In this document: in pieces, positions 28,086 to 40,105 of the stretch
Layout of the letters: each line of letters opens with the position of its first letter
Position numbering within the stretch: the first letter of the stretch is position 1
Assembly: GCF_006345805.1 (NCBI RefSeq)
Contig: NC_042999.1
Span: 125,984,001 to 126,048,000, forward strand
From: Octopus sinensis
Lineage: Eukaryota
Reading direction: 5' to 3'
DNA length: 64,000 nt
Program-made: the position numbers and the translations under genes
Notes under the pieces: generated by a model
What the model saw: only the letters and a program-made list of their open reading frames with translations
What the model was told of the DNA's origin: nothing
Database searches by the model: none

Positions 28086-28909
28086 TTTTGGAATAAAATT
28101 CTTTTTTCTGACGAGACTAAAATCAACTTGTTTGGGTCAGATGATATTAAAAGAGTATGGCGACGACCAGGTGAAGATAATAGCGACAAATGCACCGTGC
28201 TTACTATGAAACACGGCGGCGGAAGTGTTATGCTTTAGGGATGCATGAGTGCGGCTGGTGTGAGAGGACTCACGTTTATTGAGAGAACAATGGATTCAAG
28301 GCTTTATTGTGACATATTGCAGAAAACAATGTTGAAAAGCATCAATGAACTAGGAAGACATTCCATGTTTTAACATGATAATGACCCTAAGCACACCTCA
28401 AAGATGACAACTAAGTTTTTATCAGATAAAAAGGTAAAGGTATTGCCTTGGCCTACAATGTCACCTGATTTAAACCCAATAGAACATCTGTGGGGTGTTT
28501 TGAAAAGGAAGGCTGAGGGGAAAAAAAACCTCGTGATGTAACACAGTTGAAAGACATCATTTAGGATGAATGAAGAACGATTTCGATTTCATCTGTTATA
28601 TGCGAAAATTTAGCCGACTCTGCCCAGAAGACTTCATGCAGTCATTGAAAGCAAGGGCGGTCACACCTATATTGAACATAACAAATAATCCTTTAGGGTG
28701 TACATATTTTTGTAACGTTTGAAATTTAATATTTCGTTCATATATGAGAAAATGTTTATTGTTTTGTGTTTCAAATTTGTATAATGTTTGCATGTATAAT
28801 ATATTTTATTCAGTATAAATTTCGTTTGACTTCCTCCGATATTATCAGAGTAATGGCAATTTTACTGAAAATGTTTTAGGGGGTTTACATACTTCTGTGA
28901 AATATTGTA
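28086..28909 (+). mobile_element. Tc1 (DD34E) transposase pseudogene, 3' part with IR/DR-like end
   Basis: FWNKILFSDETKINLFGSD...KHGGGSVML*GCMSAAG...[10 protein letters not shown]...[15 protein letters not shown], with 34 residues between D and E. Terminal GGGTTTACATACTTCTGTGAAATATTG|TA, and an inner repeat near 28695. Confidence 0.9.
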
Positions 28910-29025
28910 TGTATACATATAAAAAGTCCAACTTACACAGTGTACAAATGATATAGAAAATTAAAGGGGTGATTTTCTATATCATTTGTACACTGTGTAA
29001 GTTGGGCCGTTTTATATGTATACAT
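28909..29025. repeat. Hairpin with ~52-bp arms and 10-nt loop
   Basis: CCAACTTACACAGTGTACAAATGATATAGAAAAT / ATTTTCTATATCATTTGTACACTGTGTAAGTTGG. Confidence 0.8.
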
Positions 29026-29201
29026 ATTTTGTATTTCATATATTTAATATACTTTATATATTAATCTAATTTGCTTATCCCTACATGTATGTATATATAA
29101 GTGTATAACACACATGCGTGTATATGTGAGTGCGTCTGTATATGTGTATGTATACATAAACAACCTCCACACAAACATATGTATGTGTGTGTGTGTGAAT
29201 A

Positions 29202-29232
<31 letters not shown>

Positions 29233-29238
<6 letters not shown>

Positions 29239-29544
29239 ATAAAGTATCGTGGGTAAGGCCAAAACAATGCGTAGTAAATGCAAGGTAAATCACAAGAGAA
29301 AAAACATGTGAATTAATGTCGACTTACGTTGTATTCAATATTGCGGGGTTGTGATCCCATTTTCAAGAAATTAACGAATGTTGCGGATCCGCAAGATTCG
29401 TCAATTTCTTGAAAATGGGGTCATAACCCCGAAATACTGAATACAAGGTAAGTCTACATTAATTCACATGTTTTTTTTTTCATGTGATTTACCTTGTATT
29501 TACTACGCATTGTTTTGGCCTTACCCACGATCCTTTATATAATA
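29233..29544. mobile_element. Foldback element (~150-bp arms) with two inverted degenerate HHR motifs
   Basis: Centred on TTGCGGATCCGCAA (29381-29394). HHR-like motifs lie at 29334-29369 (-) and 29406-29441 (+). Flanked by (TA)n. Confidence 0.7.
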
Positions 29545-29576
29545 AATTCTACACAATGCTTCATAGTAATTATTCC

Positions 29577-29657
<81 letters not shown>

Positions 29658-30336
29658 AAAACAAAAAAGCTAGTTGAAAGAAAAATTCTGAAAGAAACTC
29701 TGATGAAGTGAACGTATATGAAACATACCTGGTTTGGGTTACATAGTTCTGCCATACTCTTTACTGCAAATTGTGTAAGCTGACGTAGCTAAATATTTTC
29801 AGAACCAACTCTTTATTTTTTCTTTCTCTTTCACTTTCTTTTCTATCTTTCTCTTTCTCTTACTCTCTCTCTCTCTCTCTCTAAAATGTGCGTGTGCGTA
29901 TGTGTGTATGTATGTGCTTGACAACCGGTTTAGGTTTGTTTACGTTCCTGTAATTTTGTTTGTCAAAAGTAAGTACTGGGGTCGATTTGTTCGACTTAAT
30001 TCTTCAAAGCGGTGTCTCAGCTCAACCGCAGTCCGATTGTTAACACAAGCGAATGCTACTAAGAGAACAGGAGCAATAGTAACCGAACAATTCACATGAA
30101 ATTTTTTCAAACAACGAATTGCTTTGTGATACAAGCAAAGCAATCACAATGTTGTCTAAAAGACATTTGTCAAAACTGAGCGGGGCGATTTCATGCACGT
30201 CTTTAGATAGGCAGCTGTTGAGAAGATATGTCTCGCATCTCATCTCTCTCTCTCTCACACACACACTCTGTGTGCGTGGTGTGTATATATATATATATAT
30301 ATATATAAACATCTCTCTCTCTTCCTCTCCCTTCAT

Positions 30337-30367
<31 letters not shown>

Positions 30368-30552
30368 GAGAGAGATTTAATAATAATTTTATATATATAT
30401 ATATGTATAGATAGCTGTGTGTATTATATACATAATACAAATATATATATTTATATTTATGCATACTTATGAATCCATACGTCTGTATGTATACGTGTAT
30501 ATACGTAGATACACATTCTTATATACATGCATACAAACATAAAAGTATATAT

Positions 30553-30609
<57 letters not shown>

Positions 30610-30730
30610 TATATATATATACATACTACATACATACATATATACACATATACATATATATATATGCGCACGTACACACACACATATATGTGCATTCATA
30701 GAAAATATGCATTTATATATTACTACACAG

Positions 30731-30761
<31 letters not shown>

Positions 30762-31265
30762 AGCATAAATATCATTTCTTAACAGCAAATTGCTGATAGT
30801 TTTTATTTTATGCTTCAAATCGACATAAGAATAGACAACAGTGAAAAATATTAGAAGTAAATTCCATCGAAAAGGGCAAGTGTCTAAGAAGGAATATTTT
30901 TGCCATTAGAGTATAAAGGACTACATTAGAAGAAGGGTGAAAAGATGTCACAATATATATAATATGTAATACATTATGTCACACCACACATACAATATCA
31001 TAGAAAATACAATAATACCCACAATAGATATTGTTGCAACAAACTTATGACAGGTTGCAAGTCATAATATATTATGTATTTACACACAGTCTCACAAGAA
31101 AAATACTTTATTTCATAATATTCAAGACGTGGATTGCAGTCAGTTCAAGCTTGTAACGTTATGCTAAAATTGCTGAATATGCCATTTTATAGACCGCGTT
31201 TTATAAAGTCTTATATTCTCTATGTTTTATTAATCCTTTGTCTCCTTTTTACTCTCCCACTCTTA

Positions 31266-31344
<79 letters not shown>

Positions 31345-31347
31345 TTC

Positions 31348-31387
<40 letters not shown>

Positions 31388-31974
31388 GCACACACACACA
31401 CACACACACATTCACTTTTGATCGGTAGAAGTCATAAACAATAAAAATAAAAGCTGTATTCATATTTTGCTTTTATTTATCCTGTTTGAATTGCCAAAGC
31501 TAGATATGTATGTATGTGTGTGTGTGAGTGTGTGTATGTGTGTATGTGTGTGTGTGTATGTGTGTATGTGTGTTTGTTTGTAATATTTTGAAGAAGAGAC
31601 ATAACTCAGTTTCCAAGGTGATAAGCACTTGCCAAATTTTTCATATTTATTTTAATGGACGTTGTGTCTGCAATGACTTATTTCAAATGAAATTATAATT
31701 TTTTAAACTGTGAACTGTAAATATATATTTCACAATAAATATTTACAACATTTGTATCTTAGCTACATTTCGTCCGGTTTTGGTCCCTGATCTTATGTTC
31801 TGGGCGCATTTATCGAGCAGGACGGGCTTGAAATATTTCTAAAATTCTAAATAATGTTCATAGCTAATGATGTAAATCATGTTATAGTGTTAGCGTGCAT
31901 TACGATTACTACAGGTGTATTTTGTTAATATTTTATGTCTAGTTCTTCCAGTATTATACCGGCTGCGGCACATA

Positions 31975-32175
31975 CAAGGGAGTGCTGAAAAGTTCCTAGC
32001 ATTAAGGATATCACAAAAGTCCTGGTTTGAGGCCCAACGTTATAGGACTAAGAAAAACTGAAGGACTGCTGCAATTAGTGTATGAATTTTAGAGGGGAAT
32101 ATGTTACATAAAATCAAAATTAACTAATCCTCCTTTTCTTTTACCCAAAGCCAGGAACTTTTCAGTATTCCTTCG
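31975..32175 (+). mobile_element. mariner-derived MITE
   Basis: TA|CAAGGGAGTGCTGAAAAGTTCCT ... AGGAACTTTTCAGTATTCCTTCG|TA, with an internal transposase-tail remnant. Confidence 0.8.
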
Positions 32176-33074
32176 TACATCTACCCATTATTTGAGTGTA
32201 AAAATCTACCCATTGATTCAAGCATGAATTGAAACATTCTTATTCGCAAAAATTGCAGCAAATGTTGCATAACACATTCTAGCATTCTTTTGTTTTATTG
32301 TTTACCCTTAATTGAATATGGCGGCTGAAACACAAACATGAAAAAATTGTAGTAATGAAAATGGCCGGTATAAAGAATTATGAGGTGATAAAACAGCTGA
32401 ACGAAGATTCAGGGATATGGTGATTGCAAAGGGCGGCCGTTTTGAATTGTAAATATATGGGAAATATTGTGAATAGATATAACAATTAACCTATAAACTT
32501 TCTTTAAACAAAACCTAAAACATTTTATTTTATGATAAAATGAATAATCATTAAATATAAATGCTGCATCCGGTAGTCTAAAGTATAAGCTCAAGGCACG
32601 TTTTGAATATAACCCGGGTACAAAACTGTATTTTAAGCCATTTCACTTGTCAAGCATGGCTAAACAAAGTGATCTTTGTTATATTTCATTTTATCTTCTT
32701 TATAAAAAAATATAGAGCTTTTGTGTCTAGTTAAAATGAATCTACTGTAGACGAACAGGTATGAATCTACTTTAGACGAATGGTGATGCAACAATACATT
32801 CAGAGATTACCCAAAAGCTATATTCTACTCAAGAAAAACAAGAATCCACTCAGAAACTGAATGAATAGTCTAACAATTGATAGGGAAGGGATCATCCGCG
32901 CCCCACAATGAAATCAGTCAAAAAATTTTTTTTAATGTTACAAAAATGATAGAAAAAAAAATCATAGCCGTATAAATCTATGAACGAATCAAATTATCAC
33001 AACGCAATGAAATGATCATTATAAGCAATGGAGAAAAATCTGTTTTTAGTGATCAAGTGAATCTAAACACTTAC

Positions 33075-33343
33075 CTTCCTACCTGCTCGATTATTGTGTA
33101 CATTCATTAGTGCTCTGGCGTTTTCTGTAAATTCCCTGATATCTACGAAATTTCTAGAAAATGACAGACCGTATTTGACATCTGCACTGCATCCACCCCA
33201 TTTCCAACCGTGATGGGAATAGTTTGGAAGCTTTGATTTGTCACATCCACACCGGTTTAAGTTACCTCGGCTACAGGCTTGTGTAATGGCGTAAGCTATC
33301 CCTGCAGATACTATAGCAAAGCTGAAGGCGGCTTCTTTGTTGG
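33075..33343 (-). CDS. Wnt7: Internal coding exon of a Wnt7-subfamily ligand
   Basis: Minus-strand translation (2 nt + 89 codons): (A)[111 protein letters not shown] and ARALMN.HNN.AGRK are Wnt motifs, and WKWGGCSAD is typical of Wnt7. Acceptor is tttcttttcgtcgtttcag and donor is AAG|gtaagt. It has no ATG, so the ORF track misses it. Confidence 0.95.
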
Positions 33344-33369
33344 CTGAAACGACGAAAAGAAATACTGAT

Positions 33370-33386
33370 AAATAGTAATGATAGTA

Positions 33387-33432
<46 letters not shown>

Positions 33433-33541
33433 TAATAATAATGATAATAATAATGATAATAATAATGATAATAATAATGATAATAATAATGATAATAATA
33501 ATGATAATAATAATGATAATAATAATAATGATAATAATAAT
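33370..33541. repeat. Compound (AAT)n/(AATAATAATGAT)n microsatellite
   Basis: Read directly. It begins about 25 bp from the Wnt7 acceptor AG. Confidence 0.9.
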
Positions 33542-33543
33542 GG

Positions 33544-33747
33544 TTTCGAATTTTGACCCAAAACCAGCAGTTTCAGAGGAGATGGTTAGCCGATTACAGC
33601 GATCCCAATGCTCAACTGGTACTCATTTTATCGACCCCGAAAGGATGAAAGACAAAATAAACCATGGTAGAATTTGAACTCAGGACGTAAAGACGGACGA
33701 AATACTACCAAGCGTTTTGTCCGGCGTGTTAACGATTCTGCCTTCTC

Positions 33748-33748
<1 letters not shown>
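33544..33748 (-). mobile_element. SINE family A
   Basis: Reverse-complement copy 200 bp from the Wnt7 acceptor. Confidence 0.75.
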
Positions 33749-33778
<30 letters not shown>

Positions 33779-34423
33779 ATAATAATAATAATAATAATAG
33801 AGGATTCTAAGCACTTGAAAGACTGCTTGTGGATACCTAAGGTTACAGGTAGTAACCCGCTATCCATATAACTCCTAGGAATATGACCGAACCCGAGCCG
33901 AACCAAAATAATAATAATAACAACAACAACAATTGTAACAATAATAATGGTGCCTGATCTAGGTACTAGGTCAGTAATTTTGAGGGGACGGGTTTTATAA
34001 ATATCACTGAACCCGTATTTGACTGGTACATTATCTTATCCATCTCTAAAGGACGAAAAACAAAGCTAACATCGCAGGATCTGAACTTAGAGCACGTAAA
34101 GTATTTTTGTCTGCCGCTCTAATGATTTTATCAATCAACCGTTCTTAATGCTTCAACGGTACAGGGCCAGATATTTGGATGTAGAGACCACCGAGTGTAT
34201 CGAGTCTAGTTGAGTTTCATCCCCTACTTAACTTTCATCCTCGAAAGGATGGAAAGTAAATTTGACTAAGGCGGAAGTTGAACTTTGGTAGTTAAGAGAC
34301 AGGACAGTAATCTAAAGATTTTATTTTTATCCCAGATTGTACATGCTTTAAAGTGCCATCGTATTTTCGTATTTCCAGCAATTGTACGTTTTATTTTTTT
34401 CATCTTTAGGTATATTAATAATA

Positions 34424-34679
34424 ATAAATGCGCCCTTTTTTAAAGCCTAGCTAGGCTCATGAGCCCGGTTTCCCGGTTTCTATGGCGTATGTGTTCCTCA
34501 GCTGGACGGGACGCCAGTCCATCGCAGCGTTACTCATTTTTGCTAGCTGAGTGGACTGGAGCCACGTGAAATGAAGTGTTTTTCTCACGAACACAACACG
34601 TCGCCCGGTCCAGGAATCGAAACCACAATCTTACGATCATGGTGCTGACACCCTAACCACTAAACTACGCGCTTCCACT
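34424..34679 (-). mobile_element. SINE family B
   Basis: Reverse complement of 20611-20860. Confidence 0.8.
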
Positions 34680-35137
34680 TTAGGTATATTAAGCAATGAT
34701 ATATGTCTATGTTATATTAGTATTAAAATATACTCGCATTTATTTAGTTATGAACACACCATACATGTAAATGTACATTAAAATGTTGGAATGATTTAAT
34801 CCAGTTACATTCGGCTTAGTAACTTACAATAATTTCCTTAACTTTAAAATGGAAAGCGTGAAGAATTAATGCAGCATGTTAACCTTTTCTTAACGGTTTT
34901 TCTACAAGCATACTTTCCAGAGAGTCATTCAAACAGGTGGAGTAGAAAAGTTCATTTTTATGCAAAATATTTAAGAGGTTGTTGGAAATTCTTTGCTGAA
35001 CGTAGGCTTAGCACTGAAGCAGTGCATACTGTATAGCGTGATAGAACAAATATAGGAAAGTGTTTTGCGGCCATTTTTCAGCAATTTATCTGTGTGATTA
35101 TGAATTTAATTGATTTAAAATAAGTTGTTTAAAATAA

Positions 35138-35176
<39 letters not shown>

Positions 35177-35178
<2 letters not shown>

Positions 35179-35408
35179 GGAGTAAGCACATAAATGTGAA
35201 ACAAGGCGGAAAAAGACTACTCAAATACCAGAGGTAGAGTAATATGCTTTATTTAAAAGCAGCAGAAATATAACAAAAGCTGTTACTCAGAGTTTCACAT
35301 TCCCGTTCGTCGGACACTTTTGCTATATTTTAACAAAACTGTCCGACGAACCGGAACGTGAAACTCTGAGGAACAGCTTTTGATATATTTCTGCTGCTTT
35401 TAAATAAA

Positions 35409-35410
<2 letters not shown>
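35177..35410. mobile_element. Foldback element with two inverted HHR-like motifs (CCGACGA core)
   Basis: Inverted arms span 35247-35409, with motifs at 35280-35316 (-) and 35339-35376 (+). Same family as 58185-58252. Inserted in (TA)n. Confidence 0.7.
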
Positions 35411-35491
<81 letters not shown>

Positions 35492-36204
35492 GACAAAACT
35501 TGTACTCCGAGAACCCAGAAGAAATACATAGACTGAAACCGGATATTTTGTTTGGAACGCCATTTCATGTCATTAAAAGACTGAACTTAGCAGTTCATCT
35601 TCTGCTGAAGTGTTGCCGCTACTAATGCCATTAATTGGAAACAATACTGAGACATGAAAATAAAATGATAACGAGTCTGTTATATCTCTCAATTATGTTA
35701 AGCAGATATATTACAAAAATGTACTTCTCGTCTGGAGTGAAATACCTTGGTGGTCTTATTTTTTTATCAAGTTATCTTTCGTGCACAGTATTATGTGTTG
35801 CAGTTACTTAGTATTTACAATTGTAAATGCATGATCAACCGACGAGAAAGTACCAAATTTCTGTCTGATGTAACAGTTTGAAGTTTAAAAGCTCTGTTAT
35901 AAAGTTGAAAATGTCGTAAACAAGTTAGTTGTACACCCCATAAAGTCATGAAGAATACAATTTGTATGTTTACATTGCAATTTATATAATACATTGCTTG
36001 TGTGAAATAGATTTTGTTTTTCTTTGGTTTCGAGAAAGATTTTCCTCTTTGGTGATTTTGTAATATGTACTAACAGTTTGTGTCATAAAATGTGATGAAT
36101 ACTGTGTTTTGCTGTACGGGATTTTAATGACATATGTGTGTGTATGCGTGTGTGCGTGTGTGCATGCGCGCGTATGAATGTATGTTTGTATGTATGTATG
36201 TATG

Positions 36205-36235
<31 letters not shown>

Positions 36236-36355
36236 GTAGGTATGTTTGTATGTATGCATGTATGTATGTATGAGTGTGCGTGTGCGTGTATATATGTATG
36301 TGTGTATATATATCTATGTGTGTGTGTGTGGTGTGTGTGTGTGTGTTTATCTATA

Positions 36356-36562
36356 CGAAGAGTACTTAAAAGTTCCTAGCTTTAAGAGTATTGCGAAAGG
36401 ACTGGTTGGAGGCCCAACCTTCCGAGTTTTTTTAGAACAACTGAAGGACCGCTGCAATAAGTGTGTGAATATGAAAGGGGAATATACTGAATAAAATCAT
36501 AATTAATTGATCCTCCTGTATTTTCTTTTACCCCAAGCCAGGAACTTTTCAGCACGCCCTCA
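36356..36562 (+). mobile_element. mariner-derived MITE, second copy
   Basis: Homologous to 31975-32175. The internal frame reads QLKDRCNKCVNMKGEYTE*, with TA flanks. Confidence 0.8.
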
Positions 36563-36586
36563 TATATATATATATAAATATAACTG

Positions 36587-36828
36587 AAAATAAGGGTGTC
36601 TGAGAGACACCACCATGCCGAAATAGCAGTCAAAACCCTGATTCTAAGAACCACGTTAAATGTTCAAATCGCACCATGAGATAAGACAGAGGGACAAAAT
36701 AGACTAGCAAAAAATATTACTGAATAATATCTTATCTCATGGTGCGATATGAACATTTAACGTGGTTCTAGAGTCAGGGTTTTGACTGCTATTTCGGCAT
36801 GGTGGTGTCTCTCAGACACCCTTATTTT
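36587..36828. mobile_element. Foldback element, ~100-bp arms and 43-nt spacer
   Basis: Arms 36587-36686 and 36730-36828 are near-perfect inverted repeats, with (TA)-rich sequence close by on both sides. Confidence 0.7.
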
Positions 36829-36923
36829 TATTGTAAAAAAATGATTACCTTTGTATGGTATTTTTCCCATGCTGGCCACTTGATAATATCGATATTTAAA
36901 TATCGATATTATCCTTATTTATA

Positions 36924-37004
<81 letters not shown>

Positions 37005-37431
37005 TATATACATGCACACAAATACATAAGTATTAATGCATGTATGTAAATATTCTACAACTAGAATACATTTCGATATATGTGTGCAGTTTTTGTACAG
37101 GTTGTATTTGTGGGATTCAATATTTTCTTGTACTATATCTTGGTCTTCTGGCATATTTGATTATACATTATTAACATATGTTTGCTTCAACTTAAGATTT
37201 CCGTCGTGGATGAAAATTTCAAAGCTTATCTCAGAAGGGATCTAACTACAAACGATAGTTAAATCTTTCAATAGTCCCGTGCATGAGAAGGTGATATCTT
37301 GGTGATATCTTTCGTGTATACCTTACTGTGATGCGAGCTATTTTTTTATATCTAATATAACATCATAAGAAAGAGGGAGAGGAAACTGGATAAGAATGTT
37401 ACTGTGAGGTGTCGTACAACACACATTATTT

Positions 37432-37748
37432 TTTTTATTTATGCGCCCTTTTCAAGCCTAGCCAGGCTCATGGGCCCGGTTTCCCGGTTTCTATGGTGTA
37501 TGTGTTCCCTCCAGCTGGACGGGACGCCAGTCCATCGCAGCGTTACTCAAGAAACAGGAAGAAAGAGTGAGCGAAAGTTGGGGCGAAAGAGTACAACAGG
37601 AGTCACCATCACCCCCTGCCGGAGCCTCGTGGAGCTTTCAGGTGTTTTCGCTCAATAAACACACACAACACCCAGTCTGAGAATCGAAACCGCGATCCTC
37701 CGACCGCGAGTCCGCTGCCGTAACCACTGGGCCATTGCGCCTCCACCG
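37432..37748 (-). mobile_element. Chimeric SINE (12210-type head, family B tail)
   Basis: The tail matches 34424-34520 and the head matches 12340-12498. Confidence 0.7.
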
Positions 37749-38310
37749 TACTACACACTGACGTATATCTAACATTGGAGAAGTGGGTGCTGAGGTCTTA
37801 ATTCACCTTGGCTCTATACTGGATTGCAAATGGAAAAATGGAAATCTACTTTAAGTTTATCTGCCTGTTCTTCCCTATCTCAATGAATACGTTATTAACG
37901 TACCTATTTTAAAAGACCTGGAATGTCTAGGAATAACTTTCCTTTCAATGTTCTAATACACACACACACACACACACACCTGCTGATGCATTCAACGAAA
38001 CTTTAAGTAAAGAGTAGAGTCAAACAGTTATAAAATGCAGATAACTTCAACCAAATCTGTTGAATGCTACCTTCTTTCGTTTCTTTATTGATTCATATAA
38101 CACACAGACCACATATCACACGAACATATACTTATATACATTAAGTTTTATATCTCCTGTTTGCTCCACCAAGCACACACAACACACGCTTTCATATGCA
38201 TTTATGCAAGTAGGGCGATAGATATGCTGATATGTATGAATATGTGCGCATATATACATACATACATACATGCATACATACATACATACATACATACATA
38301 CATACATACA

Positions 38311-38345
<35 letters not shown>

Positions 38346-39859
38346 GTGTGTTTGTGTGTGTGTTTACATACAGACGCGCACAGGCATACATATATGCATA
38401 TAAGTATTAATGCATGTATGTAAATAAGCATGTACATATGTAATAGCGTATTGATGAGTGAGTGTGTTAAATACATAAATTCTCAAAGAACATGCGTAAA
38501 CATAAAGAGAAGGAAATATATATATAATAACTGAGCTGGATGGAAATTGAAACCGTTAACGCTCATATAGTTCCTCTAACAACTTCCTGTCTATTTTATT
38601 TTGTTGTAAACATAAGCAGTTACATGGACGGCTGCGTACAAAGGAGATCACTTTACCAAATGCAGGTTAATAAATCGCAAAGTGTACTTCCCTTCTACAT
38701 TATTGTGAAGGTAAATAAAAGATATGCAGATGTATCATATATAATATATATATTTATCTTTGTCTGTCTGTCTGGCTGTTTGTCTGTCTGTCTATCTATC
38801 TATCTGTAGAGTAGGAGGTGTGCGTTCATGTGTTAATACCTGCATGTTTATGATCTCGAGCAGACATATGTGGGGGGTGTTGTATGCCCCTGTGTATAAC
38901 ATCGTTTGAATCTTTTAGAAATACTTCAATCACATTATTGTTTAATGTGGCAAAAATCGACACCAAGATAAATTTTAACTTGGATATCATAACGATGCGA
39001 TCACTACCACCTGACCGGTATAATCTCCAACGTATACATTAATAAGGGACTCCCAGTTGACCTCGCTCAATATGAAGTACAGCAGATTTACATATGAATA
39101 GATTCTTATATCACAATGAATAAACAGATGAATTAGTATTTTTAAAAGAGAATTTTTTGAATAATTTATTTTTTTGATTTTTATTAGTAGCTAACAATCA
39201 CTCTTATTCCTATACTCTCAAAGTACGCCAATTTTTGTAGCTCTGTGAATAAACACAATAGTGCGTATTGTATACTGAAGAGCACGGTACCTTGAGTCAG
39301 TGTTCAAGCTATACAACCTCCAGCAGTTGAGTTTATCTTACTGGAAGTATTTACCGTTGAAGTGGCTGCTAGATGGCAATTTTTCTTTGTCATATTCATG
39401 AAACATTCATGTCATGAGACGTTCGTATCTCAGAACATCTCGATGCAGTATGATCCGTCGCTGATAGAGCAAGCAGGATTGCAAACCGAATGTAATGCGC
39501 ATTTAATACTCTCTTTGTTTATGTGGGTGACTTATTTAAATGTTTGTTAACCTGCAACCCCTACTAATGTCGGAATTCTACTTTTACATCGTGTGTTTTA
39601 ATGAATGGGTATTGATTTCTAAGGGAGGCAAGGGCGCTAAAGAATTGACGTCTACAATATCCACCACATGCATAGAAAGTAGAAATATGCATGAGCATAG
39701 TTACAGCATTCACATGCACCTCATTTGCATAAATAAACAACATTTATATACAAACAATATATTAGATTCATCAAGAAATATGCTAATTTTGCCTGGGTTC
39801 CCAATCTCTCCAGAAATTACAACTGACCATGAACAGCGCGTACATAGCATCCTTATAGG

Positions 39860-40105
39860 CTGTACTATCATCTGTTCTCCAACATGGAAAAAACACTTGG
39901 CTGGTAACCAGTATCACAGTGACGATGACATCATATCTGCTGTTGATGACTTTTTCTGACCAACAGGTTGAAAGCTTCATCATCGATGGGGTTCAAGCAC
40001 TGCAATACCGATGGAAAAAGTGTGAACTGCAAAGGGAGTCTATATTGGAAAATAAACTTCATTTGGTTGCACTCCAGCCTGTGAACATTTCAGCCGACCC
40101 TCATA
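39860..40105 (+). mobile_element. mariner transposase C-terminal fragment with terminal repeat
   Basis: KKHLAGNQYHSDDDIISAVDDFF and DGVQALQYRWKKC in adjacent frames, ending ...TTTCAGCCGACCCTCATA. Confidence 0.75.

Noticed and set aside
29698-29730. CTGATGA...GAAAC motif (similar at 43431-43490)
   Set aside because: Stem II, the NUH site and stem I do not pair.
32736-32782. ~25-bp local duplication near the Wnt7 exon
   Set aside because: Consistent with ordinary slippage; no evidence of function.
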